From assembly GCF_006345805.1 (NCBI RefSeq), contig NW_021832131.1, positions 1 through 62,305 of the forward strand: a DNA stretch of 62,305 bases, in the 5' to 3' direction. Under the pieces are notes generated by a model. The model was not told where the DNA came from and searched no databases. It saw only the letters and a list, made by a program, of their open reading frames with translations. Every line of letters begins with the position of its first letter. The first letter of the stretch is position 1. A program made the position numbers and the translations under genes. The DNA is from Octopus sinensis (lineage: Eukaryota). This document shows positions 51,266 to 62,305 of the stretch, in pieces.

Positions 51266-51718
51266 GTTTAATGGGATGGAAGCACTCCGTCGGTTACGAC
51301 GATGAGGGTTCCGGTTGATCCGAATCAACGGAACAGCCTGCTCGTGAAATTAACGTGTAAGTGGCTGAGCACTCCACAGACACGTGCACCCTTAACGTAG
51401 TTCTCGGGAATATTCAGCGTGATACAGAGAGTGACAAGGCCGGCCCCTTGAAATACAGGTACAACAGAAACAGGAAGTAAGAGTGAGAGAAAGCTGTGGT
51501 GAAAGAGTACAGCAGGGATCACCACCATCCCCTGCCGGAGCCCCGTGGAGCTTTTAGGTGTTTTCGCTCAATAAACACTCACAACGCCCGGTCTGGGAAT
51601 CGAAACCGCGATCCTATGACCGCGAGTCTGCTGGCCTAACCACTGGGCCATTGCGCCTCCACACTGGTTTAATATATATATATATATATAGAACTACACC
51701 TTACTGTTATGAAAGAAG

Positions 51719-51795
<77 letters not shown>

Positions 51796-51885
51796 TATAT
51801 ATATTATATATAAACCACTATTTTCAAAACAACAAGGAAAGACTTAATCAATACATAAAATTTTAATAAATAGTCAAAAAAACCG

Positions 51886-51928
51886 CCACTACAAGTGTTT
51901 CTTGTCTTGATCGACAATCTTCAGGTGG
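51886..51928 (-). ncRNA. Type I hammerhead ribozyme motif (mirror copy)
   Basis: Reverse complement reads ccac-CTGAAGA-ttgtcgatcaagacaa-GAAAC-actt-GTA-gtgg. Confidence 0.85.
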
Positions 51929-51995
51929 ACTTCCAATTTACAAGTCAGTTTCAAATTATGAGTCATAATTTGAAACTGACTTGTAAATTGGAAGT

Positions 51996-52038
51996 CCACC
52001 TGAAGATTGTCGATCAAGACAAGAAACAATTGTAGTGG
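51996..52038 (+). ncRNA. Type I hammerhead ribozyme motif
   Basis: ccac-CTGAAGA-ttgtc/gatcaa/gacaa-GAAAC-aatt-GTA-gtgg: stem I 4 bp, intact core, stem II 5 bp, GUA cleavage triplet (cut after 52034). Confidence 0.88.
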
Positions 52039-52219
52039 CGTTTTTTTGACTATTTATTAAAATTTTATGTATTGATTAAGTCTTTCCTTGTTTGTTTTGC
52101 AAAATAGTGGTTTTGTCTCTAATAATATTTTATAATATTTTACTATAAAATTGGATTTAATCCTAAATCTGATTTTTTCCCTGTAAATTTGGATTTATTC
52201 CCTAATATTTATTATTTAT

Positions 52220-52252
<33 letters not shown>

Positions 52253-52347
52253 GCCCGTTTTTATAACAGTAAGATGTAATTTGAAGTAGATTTATTTGCT
52301 ATTTCTAGCAGGTCAGCACATAAATGCTTTTGTTTTTATTTTTGCAG

Positions 52348-52635
52348 GTAACCAACAACCAATTGGCGACCGTCAAAAATGCTTGCAAGAACACACTGAA
52401 AGTAAATTGTAGTAGAGTCCAAACTTTCTTCGGTGTTGATGTGTCGACCCTAACAATGTACGACCTAGAAAAACCCTTATATTCTGGATTGGTAATGAGC
52501 TTGTTTATCTTAAACCTAAATACGTCAATTCCGGCCAGCAAAGGACTGCAAGCAGCTTACTGGAAGCAGCATATCATGCCACATGGCCGGAAGATTTTCT
52601 TCATACGCTTAGCAAATCAATTAGAACGGGGAATG
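52348..52635 (+). CDS. VWA-domain gene exon 2 (VTNNQLATVKNAC...DLEKPLYSGLVMSL...QAAYWKQH...LERGM)
   Basis: Strong acceptor ttttatttttgcag|gta and donor atg|gtaagt; open, protein-like reading frame. Confidence 0.75.
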
Positions 52636-52882
52636 GTAAGTAGAGATATTGTTTAGAATCCACGTTAGATATTTGTCATGTGAAAACCTGAGAGAGGGAA
52701 CAGGCATTGAGGTACAAATAGCAAATTTATCCGAGTCTGATCACGCAATGTGGTATTTTGGGCAAGTAAATGTTTTTGAGAATAGCTTCGAGTTGACCCT
52801 GGAAATGGAATTTCCGAGATGGAAACTGTGCCGCAGAGTATGGGATGTCAAGCATCCAAGTCCGCCGGTGCAGTCCAATTAA

Positions 52883-52923
<41 letters not shown>

Positions 52924-53110
52924 GTATCTATATTATATAATAATATATGGTAGGAGTGCTGTGTGGTAAGTAGCTTGCTTACCAACCACAGGGCTCCGGG
53001 TTCAATCCCACTGCGTGGCACTTTGGGTAAGTGTCTTCTACTATAGCCTCGGGCCGACCAAAGCCTTGTGAGTGGATTTGGTAGACGGAAACTGAAATAA
53101 GCCCGTGGTA

Positions 53111-53169
<59 letters not shown>

Positions 53170-53179
<10 letters not shown>

Positions 53180-53710
53180 CACATGTCCAAACCAACACAG
53201 TCGTTTCTTTTGCACATCTCATATCTCTTCTCCTTCCGCAAGTTCCATTCATTTTAGACGACACCCTCTTCTTTATACAACTGTATTCAGCCATATACAT
53301 CACATGTCCAAACTAATAAAGTCCCCTCTTTCCCATGTCTCTTCTTCTACATGTTCCATCCATTTTCAGTGACAGCCACTTCTTTATGCAACTGTCTTCA
53401 TCCATACACATCACATGCCCAAACCAACACAGTCGTCTCTTTTCCACACTCCCTCTTATGCCTAATTTTTTCTCAATACACAAGCACTTTATCATACATG
53501 CACACTGATGTTGAACATCCAACAGAGCATACTAACTTCATTCCTCTCTAGTCTTCGGATGTCCTTTTCATTCATGGCCCATTTTTCACTACCATGTAGC
53601 ATTGCTCTTCATTCACAAAAATATTACAATCTGCATTTTTATGCAGAGAGATCTTTTGTTGCCTCTAAGTGTAATGCCTCTCTGAATTTTATCCATCCTA
53701 TTTTTATTCT
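53170..53710 (-). mobile_element. RTE-clade LINE RT C-terminal remnant with internal duplication
   Basis: KRRLCWFGHVMCMDEDSCIKK motif occurs twice (about 53180-53310 and about 53300-53440). Confidence 0.75.
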
Positions 53711-53807
53711 TGCAGCTGTAATTTAAAAACAATCAAATGCATAAATTTAATAAGAATTATATATTTACAGACTTATAAACATAAGTTTGCTTTAAATATT
53801 TTTCCAG

Positions 53808-54368
53808 ATTGCGCCAGTGCCCAGATCGACCTTGTTTTCCTGATTGATTCATCCGGAAGTGTTGAAGAGCCTAACTTTAATAAGACAAAAAACTTCTTGG
53901 AAAATATTGTGCGTAATCTAGACATTGGTCCAGATAAGACACGTGTTGCAGTGATTAGATTTTCAAGTTTTTCTCTTGTGTCATTTTCCTTAAGTGCCCA
54001 CAGTACGAACTCTGCAGTAATAAAGGCTATTGACGCTATAAGTTATGATGATGGTAGTAGTACTGCTACGGGCTTGGCTCTTGACGAAGTACGTACCAGT
54101 GTCTTTACAAATACAAGAAAATCTGCTGCTGCAAAAGTTTTAGTTTTGGTCACAGATGGACAGTCAGATAATGAAATTAGAACAGTAGCGGCAGCTCAGA
54201 AACTGAAAGATGCTGGCGTCACTATATTTACAATTGGAGTTGCCAATCCAAGAGTGTCTGAGTTAACTGCAGCAGCAAGTGAACCCAGTTGTACACATTT
54301 CATCAACTTGAAAGATTATAATGAGATTGGTTTTATTGTGAGGGAAATTGAATCTGATTCCTGTGAAG
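53808..54368 (+). CDS. VWA-domain gene exon 3: complete von Willebrand factor A domain
   Basis: IDLVFLIDSSGSV (MIDAS DxSxS), TRVAVIRFS, STATGLAL, LVLVTDGQS, TIFTIGV; acceptor ttttccag|at, donor gaag|gtaagt (phase 1 to 1). Confidence 0.92.
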
Positions 54369-54640
54369 GTAAGTTTGACGTCCAATAATTGTCATTATCA
54401 GTGGTGGTGGTAAGCGGCGAGCTGGCAGAATCGTTAGCACACCGGGCGAGATGCCTATCTGTATTTCGTCTACCACTATGTTCTGAGCTCAAATTCCGCC
54501 GAGGTTGACTTTGCCTTTCATCCTTTCGGGGTCGATTAAATAAGTACAAGTTATGCACTGGGTTCGATGTAATCGACTTAATCCCTTTGTTTGTTCTTGT
54601 TTTCCCTCTCTATGTTTATCCCCCCGTGGGCAATAAAGAA

Positions 54641-54671
<31 letters not shown>

Positions 54672-54762
54672 CATATACATACATACATATATATACGTAT
54701 ATATATATATAGTGTGTATATACATATATATATATATATATTTATATATAATATATATAGTG

Positions 54763-54803
<41 letters not shown>

Positions 54804-55113
54804 TGCTAAACCTCGATAAGATAATATTTCAATTACCTGAAGATTGAACGTAACCATAACTCGAATTATTACGAATTGGACAGCCATGAAACGATCGTAG
54901 TGTTTTACTCATTATCTTTTATTAAACTTTTAATAATTTTGATATATATTTGAAATAATATAAATTAATTAATTTTATGTATTGGCTTAAGTTTTTCATT
55001 GTTTGATTTACTATAAAATTGGATTCAATCCTAAATCTGATTTTTCCCTGTAAGTTTGGATTTATTCCCTAATTTTTATTATTAATTAATATATATATAT
55101 ATATACATATATA

Positions 55114-55173
<60 letters not shown>

Positions 55174-55197
55174 TGTGTGTTGGTGTGTGTGTGTGTG

Positions 55198-55228
<31 letters not shown>

Positions 55229-55469
55229 CACTGAAGAAGGGGAATATTCCTTCTGCTGTATTGTCTTGTACTCCGTTTTTCGTTACTTGAAAAAAATGCC
55301 TTCGTTTCTCATTGTGTTCAACGTTTTTTGATGTCCTCTACTTATATATGCGTGTATATATGCATATAGATGTAGGTATGTACATATATGTATGTATATA
55401 TGCATATGTTCATATATTATTTATGTTATTATATGATCTAACGCCACGCATCCATTTCCGAGTAAGTTA

Positions 55470-55564
<95 letters not shown>

Positions 55565-55708
55565 ATCTATTAATATATATATATATATATATATTCACAC
55601 ATTGAATTTGTGATACTAGTTGCGGATTCTAGCTCGCTCTGATACTGAGTTGAGTTGGTGCCTTCTAGTATCTCAAATTCAATATATAATCATTTATGAT
55701 TATAGTAT

Positions 55709-55806
55709 TCTACGCTGAAGAGAAAGAAGTTTTGTAGGGTAGAATTATTTAATATTTAATTCTTATGCTTTCCTAAAAACTTGATTTCGAAACGTGCGTC
55801 CGTAGA
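55709..55806 (+). ncRNA. Type I hammerhead ribozyme motif with extended stem II
   Basis: tctacg-CTGAAGA-[gaaa..aagtttt..tagg...ccta..aaaactt..tttc]-GAAAC-gtgc-GTC-cgtaga; stem I 6 bp, GUC triplet. Confidence 0.85.
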
Positions 55807-56087
55807 TACTTAAAATTGTATGATAGATTGCCGTCAATTCATTCTCTCTTACCTGTTTGTGTCTGCCTTCCAATTGCTGTTTTTACTGAGATCTCCCTTT
55901 TTAGTAGAAGAAATAGCTAAACTCTTTGACTGCTATTTCTAAATTCGGTATGTGGTAAGGCAATTCGTTGCTAAACCCTTTATTGCTTAGTATTACTTAA
56001 ATTTTCCTCGAATGAGGCTTTACATGCCGAAGACTACTTGGTGTATTGATAATTATTCCAAATTAATTAAGTTCACCCTTCATTATT

Positions 56088-56124
<37 letters not shown>

Positions 56125-56569
56125 TATATATATATATATATATATATATAATAATTTAAAAGGGCTAGCAACAGCTGCTTCGCCGCATACTGAAGGAATT
56201 AGAAATGGCAGTCAAAGACTGTTTTTTCCATTTTCTATAAGTGGAGATTCCAAATACGACGGACCCCGCGATTCACATACGCAAAATCGGAGTAGCAAAT
56301 AAACGAAAACAATCTCTTACCGTTAATAGTGAACATGTTTCTAGATCACAAGCTCAGAAAATAGCTTGATTTCCTTCGTCAACACTATATTCGATAGATT
56401 TACCAAATGCCACAGGCCCTCACCTCTGACCAAGCGACATCAGATAGTGGGGAGAAGTGTGCAGATATTAAAACTAAGTAATGACTGGGAACGTAAATTC
56501 TCCCTCCTAAATTCTGCCATGCGCGCCGTCTGGGTGATCGCAATGGAATAAGAAATCCACATGGTAATG

Positions 56570-57081
56570 CAATAAAAATGGTAAATAATTTTTCAGTGGT
56601 TTTTCATATAACCAACAATTACTTACCGGTAAATTTCGGTATGTAAATATGACAAATTCATCGTCAGGAACTTTTGTAAAGTTCAGTATATAGTAAAAAT
56701 AATTAAAAGGGCTAGCAACAGGCTGCTTCGCCGCATACCGAAGGAATTAGAAATGGCAGTCAAAGACTGTTTTTTCCATTTTCTATAAGTGGAGATTCCA
56801 AATACGACGGACCCGCGATTCCATACGCAAAATCGGAGTAGCGGGTCCGTCGTATTTGGAATCTCCACTTATAGAAAATGGAAAAACAGTCTTTGACTGC
56901 CATTTCTATTCCTTCGGTATGCGGCGAAGCAGCCTGTTGCTAGCCCTTTTAATTATTTTTACTATATACTGAACTTTACAAAGTTCCTGACGATGAATTT
57001 GTCATATTTACATCACCGAAATTTACCGGTAAATATTGTTGGTTATATGAAAAACCACTGAAAAATTATTTTACCATTTTT

Positions 57082-57085
<4 letters not shown>
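56570..57085. repeat. Large fold-back (arms 56570-56816 / 56841-57085, 24-nt spacer); direct partial copy at about 56150-56295
   Basis: Arms are reverse complements over about 245 bp. Confidence 0.92.
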
Positions 57086-57156
<71 letters not shown>

Positions 57157-57589
57157 GTGTGTGTGTGTGGTGTGGTGTGTGTGTTTGTATTGTGTGTGGT
57201 GTGTGTGTGTGTGTATGTGTGTGTGTTTGTGTGTGGTGTGTATACATATATATATATGTATATTTTTTATCTTATATTAACTTTTAATACTTTTGATTGT
57301 TATATATATTTAAAAAAATTTATTAAATAAATAAATAAATAAATAAAACATAAAAATAAAAAATATGTATATATATATATAAATTTATAAAAATAAATTA
57401 ATAATTAAAAATTTTAAAATTTAAATTTAAATAATTTAAATTTTAAATTTGTATTTTATTTATTTTTTATATTGTATTAATTATTTTTATTTCTATGTTT
57501 TGGTTAATGTTTTTCACTGTTTGATTTGCCTAATAGTGGTTTTATCTCTAATTTAATTTATAGAAAATTAATATAAAATATAAAAATCA

Positions 57590-59466
57590 AACCCTAAAGC
57601 TTTCTTTAAGTTTGCCAAAGAGACAGCCACAGTGCACCAGAGAATAGGACCTCTCTTCCAAAAAGATGGCTCTCTCACAGGAAATCACACGAGGATAAGT
57701 GAAATATTGAACGAACAATTCCAAAGTGTGTTCACTACACCTCTAGGACACAGGCAAGTAAACAACCCAGAAGAATTCTTTGCCACTTTACCTGCGGCCA
57801 AAGAGGCAAAATTGAGTACATCAACATCGAAGATGATTTATCACACTAGCCATAGATGAGATTGACACAAACTCAGCTGCTGGATCTGATGGATTCCCAG
57901 CGATCCTTCTCAAATCGTGCAAACGAGCCCTTCCAAAACCGCTACAGCTTCTTTTTCAGAGCTTTCTTGCAAGTGGTAAGCTCCCAGTCAAATTGAAAGA
58001 GGGGGTAATATCCATAAGGATATCCATAAGGGAGGTAGCAGAGCAGATACTAAAAATTATAGGCCTATCTCTCTGACCTCACACATCAGCAAAGTCATGG
58101 GACGAATAGTCCGTAAGAAACTAATCATGTTCCTTGAAGAAAATTACTTGCTGTCTGACACCCAGCATGGATTTCGACCAGGTAGAAGCTGCCTAACACA
58201 GCTCCTGCAACACTATGACTGGGTGTTGAAACAGCAACTTAATGGATCAAATGTGGATGTAATATATCTCGACTTTACAAAAGCCTTTGATAAGGTCGAC
58301 CATGGTATGATCTGTCACAAACTGCGTAGTCTCGGCATAGGCGGAAAACTTAGAGAGTGGCTGCACAACTTCCTAAAAGACAGAAAACAGGCAGTTGTGA
58401 GCAATGGAGCCACCTCCAAGGAAACACAAATAACAAGCGGTGTCCCACAGGGCACTGTCTTGGAGCCACTGATGTTAATAGTGGCCCTTTCAGATGTGCC
58501 TTCAGTTGCTACGATGACCACCCTAGCTAGCTAGGTAGATGACACAAAAGTCTCCCACGCAATACAAAACCCTGAAAATATTGCGCATCTGCAACAGGAG
58601 TTGGACACAATATACAGGTGGGCTGAGGACAACAACATGCAGTTTAATGCAGGTAAGTTCCAGGCCCTGCGCTACTGGCACACAAAAGTAAACGACGTGC
58701 AGACTGGATACACTGGCCCAGGAAGAATTGCAATCCTTGAGTCAAAATCAGTGCGTAACCTGGGCATTGGCATGAGCAATGATGCATCTTTCCAAGCGCA
58801 TATTGCTAATCTGGTGAAAAAATGCAGACGGCTAGCGGATGGATTCTCCGAACTTTCAGAACAAAAGAAGGAGACACTGATGGTCCTATGGAAACATTCG
58901 TCCTCAGCCGCTTGGACTACTGCTCCCAACTGTGGTCACCGCACAATATAAAACTACCAGCAGAACTCGAAGCAATTCAGAGAAGCTACACAAAGAAAAT
59001 CGTCTCAATGCAAAATATCAGCTACTGGGAAAGACTGAAGGTATTAAACCTCTTCTCCCTAGAGCGGAGGGGGAGAGATATGCGGTGATATACATCTGGA
59101 AATCCTGTTACCCCCCAACCGCAGAACGGGGCCCACTGTATGGTGCCAAAGATTCCAACATCACCATCAAAATACAGGTCCAGATACTGCAACAGCTTGG
59201 TTTCAGAGGACCACAGCTCTTTAACATCCTCCCTAAATGCCTGAGAGACTTACATGGTGTGGATGTGGGTTTCTTTAAAACTAAACTGGATCTCTTCTTG
59301 TCGGGAGTCCCAGATGAACCTACCTCACGACAAGAGACGCAGATGCGGGCAGCAGCATCGAACTCCCTTTTTGATCAAGTGCCACGTATCAGAGATGGAT
59401 TCACAATTAGTGTAGCTCATTCAGCGGTGGTGCCCCAGCATGGCCGCGGCCATCGGGCTAAACCAT
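57590..59466 (+). mobile_element. 5'-truncated CR1-clade LINE, degenerate RT
   Basis: NYRPISLTSH, QHGFRPGRSCLTQL, DVIYLDFTKAFDKVDH, SGVPQGTVL, YxDD mutated to *VDD, LDYCSQLWSP; multiple stops and frameshifts. Confidence 0.9.
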
Positions 59467-59476
59467 TTTAAGATTT

Positions 59477-59531
<55 letters not shown>

Positions 59532-59589
59532 TTATATATATATGAAAAAAAAAACAAGTCAAGATAGAAAATCCTAAAATAATTTTAAA

Positions 59590-60091
59590 AGAACATTTCA
59601 GTACCGGTTTCGGTCATTTGAGACGTTTTCAACTGTAACGATTAAATAATTAATTTAGAAAATTAAAAGAAAAGTCTTTTTAAAAGAATATTTATATACT
59701 GTTCAAATATAAGTAGCATTTTTCTTGTTTCTGCCTTTCTCTGTCTCTCTTGTTTACACTTGTGGGTTCGAGGTCGTTGTGAATTCTTGGTAGGGAAGAA
59801 GAAGGAGAAGAAGAAGAAGAAGAAGAAGAAGAAGAAGAAGAAGAAGAAGAAGAAGAGAAGAAGAGGATGAGGAGAAGAGGGGGAGAATTTAGGAGTGCCT
59901 TGATTGTCGTATTTTGAGTGGTCAGTGGCGGCTAGCAGTTGCTGTTCAATTCATGAGAATATTTCTATTGGAAGATTTGTTTATAGAATTTGCGTAGGTG
60001 TTATACTAAAAAGCATTAGTGATAAAGTTAGGAAGTAGAAGGGGGAGAAGAAGAAGAAGGAGAAGAAGAAGAAGAAGAAGAAGAAGAAGAA

Positions 60092-60166
<75 letters not shown>

Positions 60167-60241
60167 GAAGAAGAAGAAGATGTTGATGATAATTATGATG
60201 ATGAAGAAGAAGATGATGATGATAATGATGATGATGATGAT

Positions 60242-60276
<35 letters not shown>

Positions 60277-60800
60277 AGAAGAAGAAAAGAAGAAGAAGAA
60301 GAAGAAGAAGAAGAAGGAGAATATGAATGAGTGGAAGTAGTGAGGTGTTGTATGACTTAAAGTTGGCATGTTATGGATTATAGCTGTGATTGGGACTGGT
60401 TTTTAATGGATTCTTAGGAATGTAATATCTGCGTGTGTATTTGTGTTATTCTAAAGCCGAGGTGTATTAATCGTTTGTCGTAGACCCGTTCAGAAGGGAC
60501 CTATATTTGGTAATAAAGAGAGTTTCTTTACTTATTCGTTGGCTTGAGGTTGTATCGTCCCTGAATTGGTAGAGGAGGAAAATCCTGAAGCTTGGTGTTT
60601 TGTTGTTGGCGCAAATATCTATATGTTGGCTGAATGCTATTTTTCTGTTTTGGGGAATTTTTATCTCGGATCTATGCAGGGCCATTCTTTTGCGCATACT
60701 ATTTTTTGTTTGGCCTATGTATTGCTCTTGACACCCAGAGCAGGTTAGAGTGTATATCAGGTTCTCCGAAGCACATGTGAAGTTGCTTTTCACTGTAAAC
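59590..60800 (-). mobile_element. Penelope-like element 3' fragment (GIY-YIG ORF 60467-60793) with (GAA)n/(GAT)n tract and a decayed terminal hammerhead (59599-59635)
   Basis: FTCASENLIYTLTCSGCQEQYIGQT..RKRMALH..KETLFITKY; RC GAAACCGGTA motif downstream. Confidence 0.8.
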
Positions 60801-60958
60801 TATATATATATATATATATATATTGTTATATTTCGGAATGGTCATTTTGCCAGTTTAGCCAATAAAAACACACGCACTATATATTTGGTGTTACTTTGCT
60901 TCAGTGTTATTTATACACACACACCACACACACACACAACACACACACACACACACAT

Positions 60959-61002
<44 letters not shown>

Positions 61003-61230
61003 TATGTAAACCTATAAAGTTACGCCCCTAAATGGTATTTACATGCAATACAATACATCCCTCGTGAGGCTTCTATCAGTTCTATCATGATGAGCAGGTT
61101 TTTATGAACTTGTATCCCCAGGTATCCCTCTTCTTTGCCATTTCCTCTATGGGGCACATATATTTATATTATATTTTCTTTTGTTTAACTGCTATGTTGT
61201 GCCTTCTTAAATGTCACCTTCTGTTTCCAG

Positions 61231-61355
61231 CTCCGGCCGTTGTTGAAGAACACACTCAGTTACGCAATGTCGCCATTCCTAAAACTAACGAGACAAAACA
61301 ACAAGTCCTGCAGATCACCAACACGACAAAGTCCGCCTTGGGTACAACAGTTGTG
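61231..61355 (+). CDS. VWA-domain gene exon 4 (APAVVEEHTQLRNVAIPKTNETKQQVLQITNTTKSALGTTVV)
   Basis: ctgtttccag|ct, phase 1, matches the exon 3 donor; donor gtg|gtaaga. Confidence 0.75.
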
Positions 61356-62208
61356 GTAAGACGAATATTCTAGAAATATATCAACTGAATTGTGGTTTTC
61401 TATTTTTATGGATGATTGAGAAAGCAGGGACAGTACCCATAAACCTCTCGGTCCTTCCAGGACTAGGTGGTCACATCCTAATTATTGATTTTGGGACCTT
61501 TATGGCTGCAAGATAAATGTGGACAAAGGAGGGAATTCTGAAGAGCGGGTTAACATTGGTGGGGAGAAAGGATTGGGTATAGATAGTTCTGAGAAGACAA
61601 TGTTGTAGTAACGGTAGAATAGATAACAGGAGGCGTAAAAGTGGCTGTGTGGTAAGTAGCTTGCTTACCAACTACATGGTTCTGGGTTCAGTCCCACTGC
61701 GTTGCATCTTGGGCAACTGTCTTCTACTATAACTTCGGGGCAACCAAAGCCTTGTGAGTGGATTTGGTAGACGGAAACTGAAAGAAGCCTATCGTATATA
61801 TGTATGTATATATATATATGTGTATGTGTGTGTTTGAGTGTCTGTGCTTGTCTCCCTAGCATTGCTTGACAACTGATGCTGGTGTGTTTATGTCCCTGTC
61901 CCTTAGCGGTTCGGCAAAAGAGACCGATAGAATAAGTACAAGGCTTGCAAAGAATAAGTCATCGGGTCGATTTTCTCGACTAAAGGCGGTGCCCCAGCAT
62001 GGCCACAGTCAAATGACTGAAACAAGTAAAAGAGTAAAAGAGGAGGAGACAGTGGGTTTATGGAACAAGGTTTGGACACCATTTCTAAAGAAATCATTCA
62101 GATGAAATCAGGGGCACCGTACATGTTATACCATTTTTGCTATCTCCAGGTTAGTGTCCAGTTTGATGTGGTCACTCTGTATATTATATCTGTTGTTATT
62201 TTCTACAG

Positions 62209-62305
62209 GTGAAGGTCCAGTGTGGTGTGGTCACTGTGTAAATGCTTCATTTCACACATTTATCCCAAGGAAGCCGACTACACTACAAGACTTCGGCAAC
62301 TGACT
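62209..62305 (+). CDS. VWA-domain gene probable exon 5 (VKVQCGVVTV*, disrupted; runs off the window)
   Basis: Acceptor ttttctacag|gtg in phase 0; in-frame TAA at 62239-62241; downstream sequence reads as protein-like pieces in other frames. Confidence 0.5.

Larger units (their letters stand above)
51812..52113. repeat. About 300-bp near-perfect palindrome, centre 51962
   Basis: aaattatga-g-tcataattt centre; arms about 150 bp. Confidence 0.95.

Noticed and set aside
52304-52347. 3-nt microexon ag|cag|gtcagc before VWA exon 2
   Set aside because: Would need a 36-nt intron and is unnecessary once the GGIWR frame in exon 1 is recognised.
57150-57560. Extreme AT-rich low-complexity segment as a special element
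   Set aside because: Looks like a noisy consensus of TA/GT repeats plus a decayed repeat tail.
62209-62300. SRCR-like GEGPVWCGHC reading of exon 5
   Set aside because: Requires phase 1, but the upstream exon ends in phase 0, and the frame closes at a stop; likely chance.

Overview
AT-rich, microsatellite-saturated animal genomic DNA. The SINE, LINE and microsatellite landscape suggests a coleoid cephalopod, probably Octopus (inference). Two protein-coding loci lie on the + strand. (1) A complete, intact 9-exon NDUFA10 (complex I 42-kDa, deoxynucleoside-kinase fold; join 14656-14907, 18168-18465, 19177-19263, 21716-21840, 24012-24100, 26223-26277, 27135-27244, 28701-28815, 30870-30935 = 1197 nt, 398 aa), with a GC-AG intron 2 and an out-of-order ghost copy of exon 5 inside intron 2. 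(2) The 5' part of a secreted VWA-domain gene (47272 to window end) whose exons carry several single-base phase breaks. The rest is mostly transposon-derived: at least four tRNA-derived SINE families (one forming recurrent head-to-tail multimers), RTE, CR1, Tx1/L1, R4/Dong, Penelope-like and Gypsy remnants, non-autonomous Helitrons, and Tc1/mariner, hAT and other MITEs. The most striking hidden signal is more than a dozen type I hammerhead-ribozyme motifs, intact and decayed, from about six unrelated Penelope-associated repeat families. Most have a different self-complementary helix III (dimer-type design), and one 300-bp fold-back carries a hammerhead on each strand. All coordinates were read by eye: exon and ribozyme boundaries were counted base by base, while repeat boundaries are approximate (tens of bp). 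No searches or folding programs were run.
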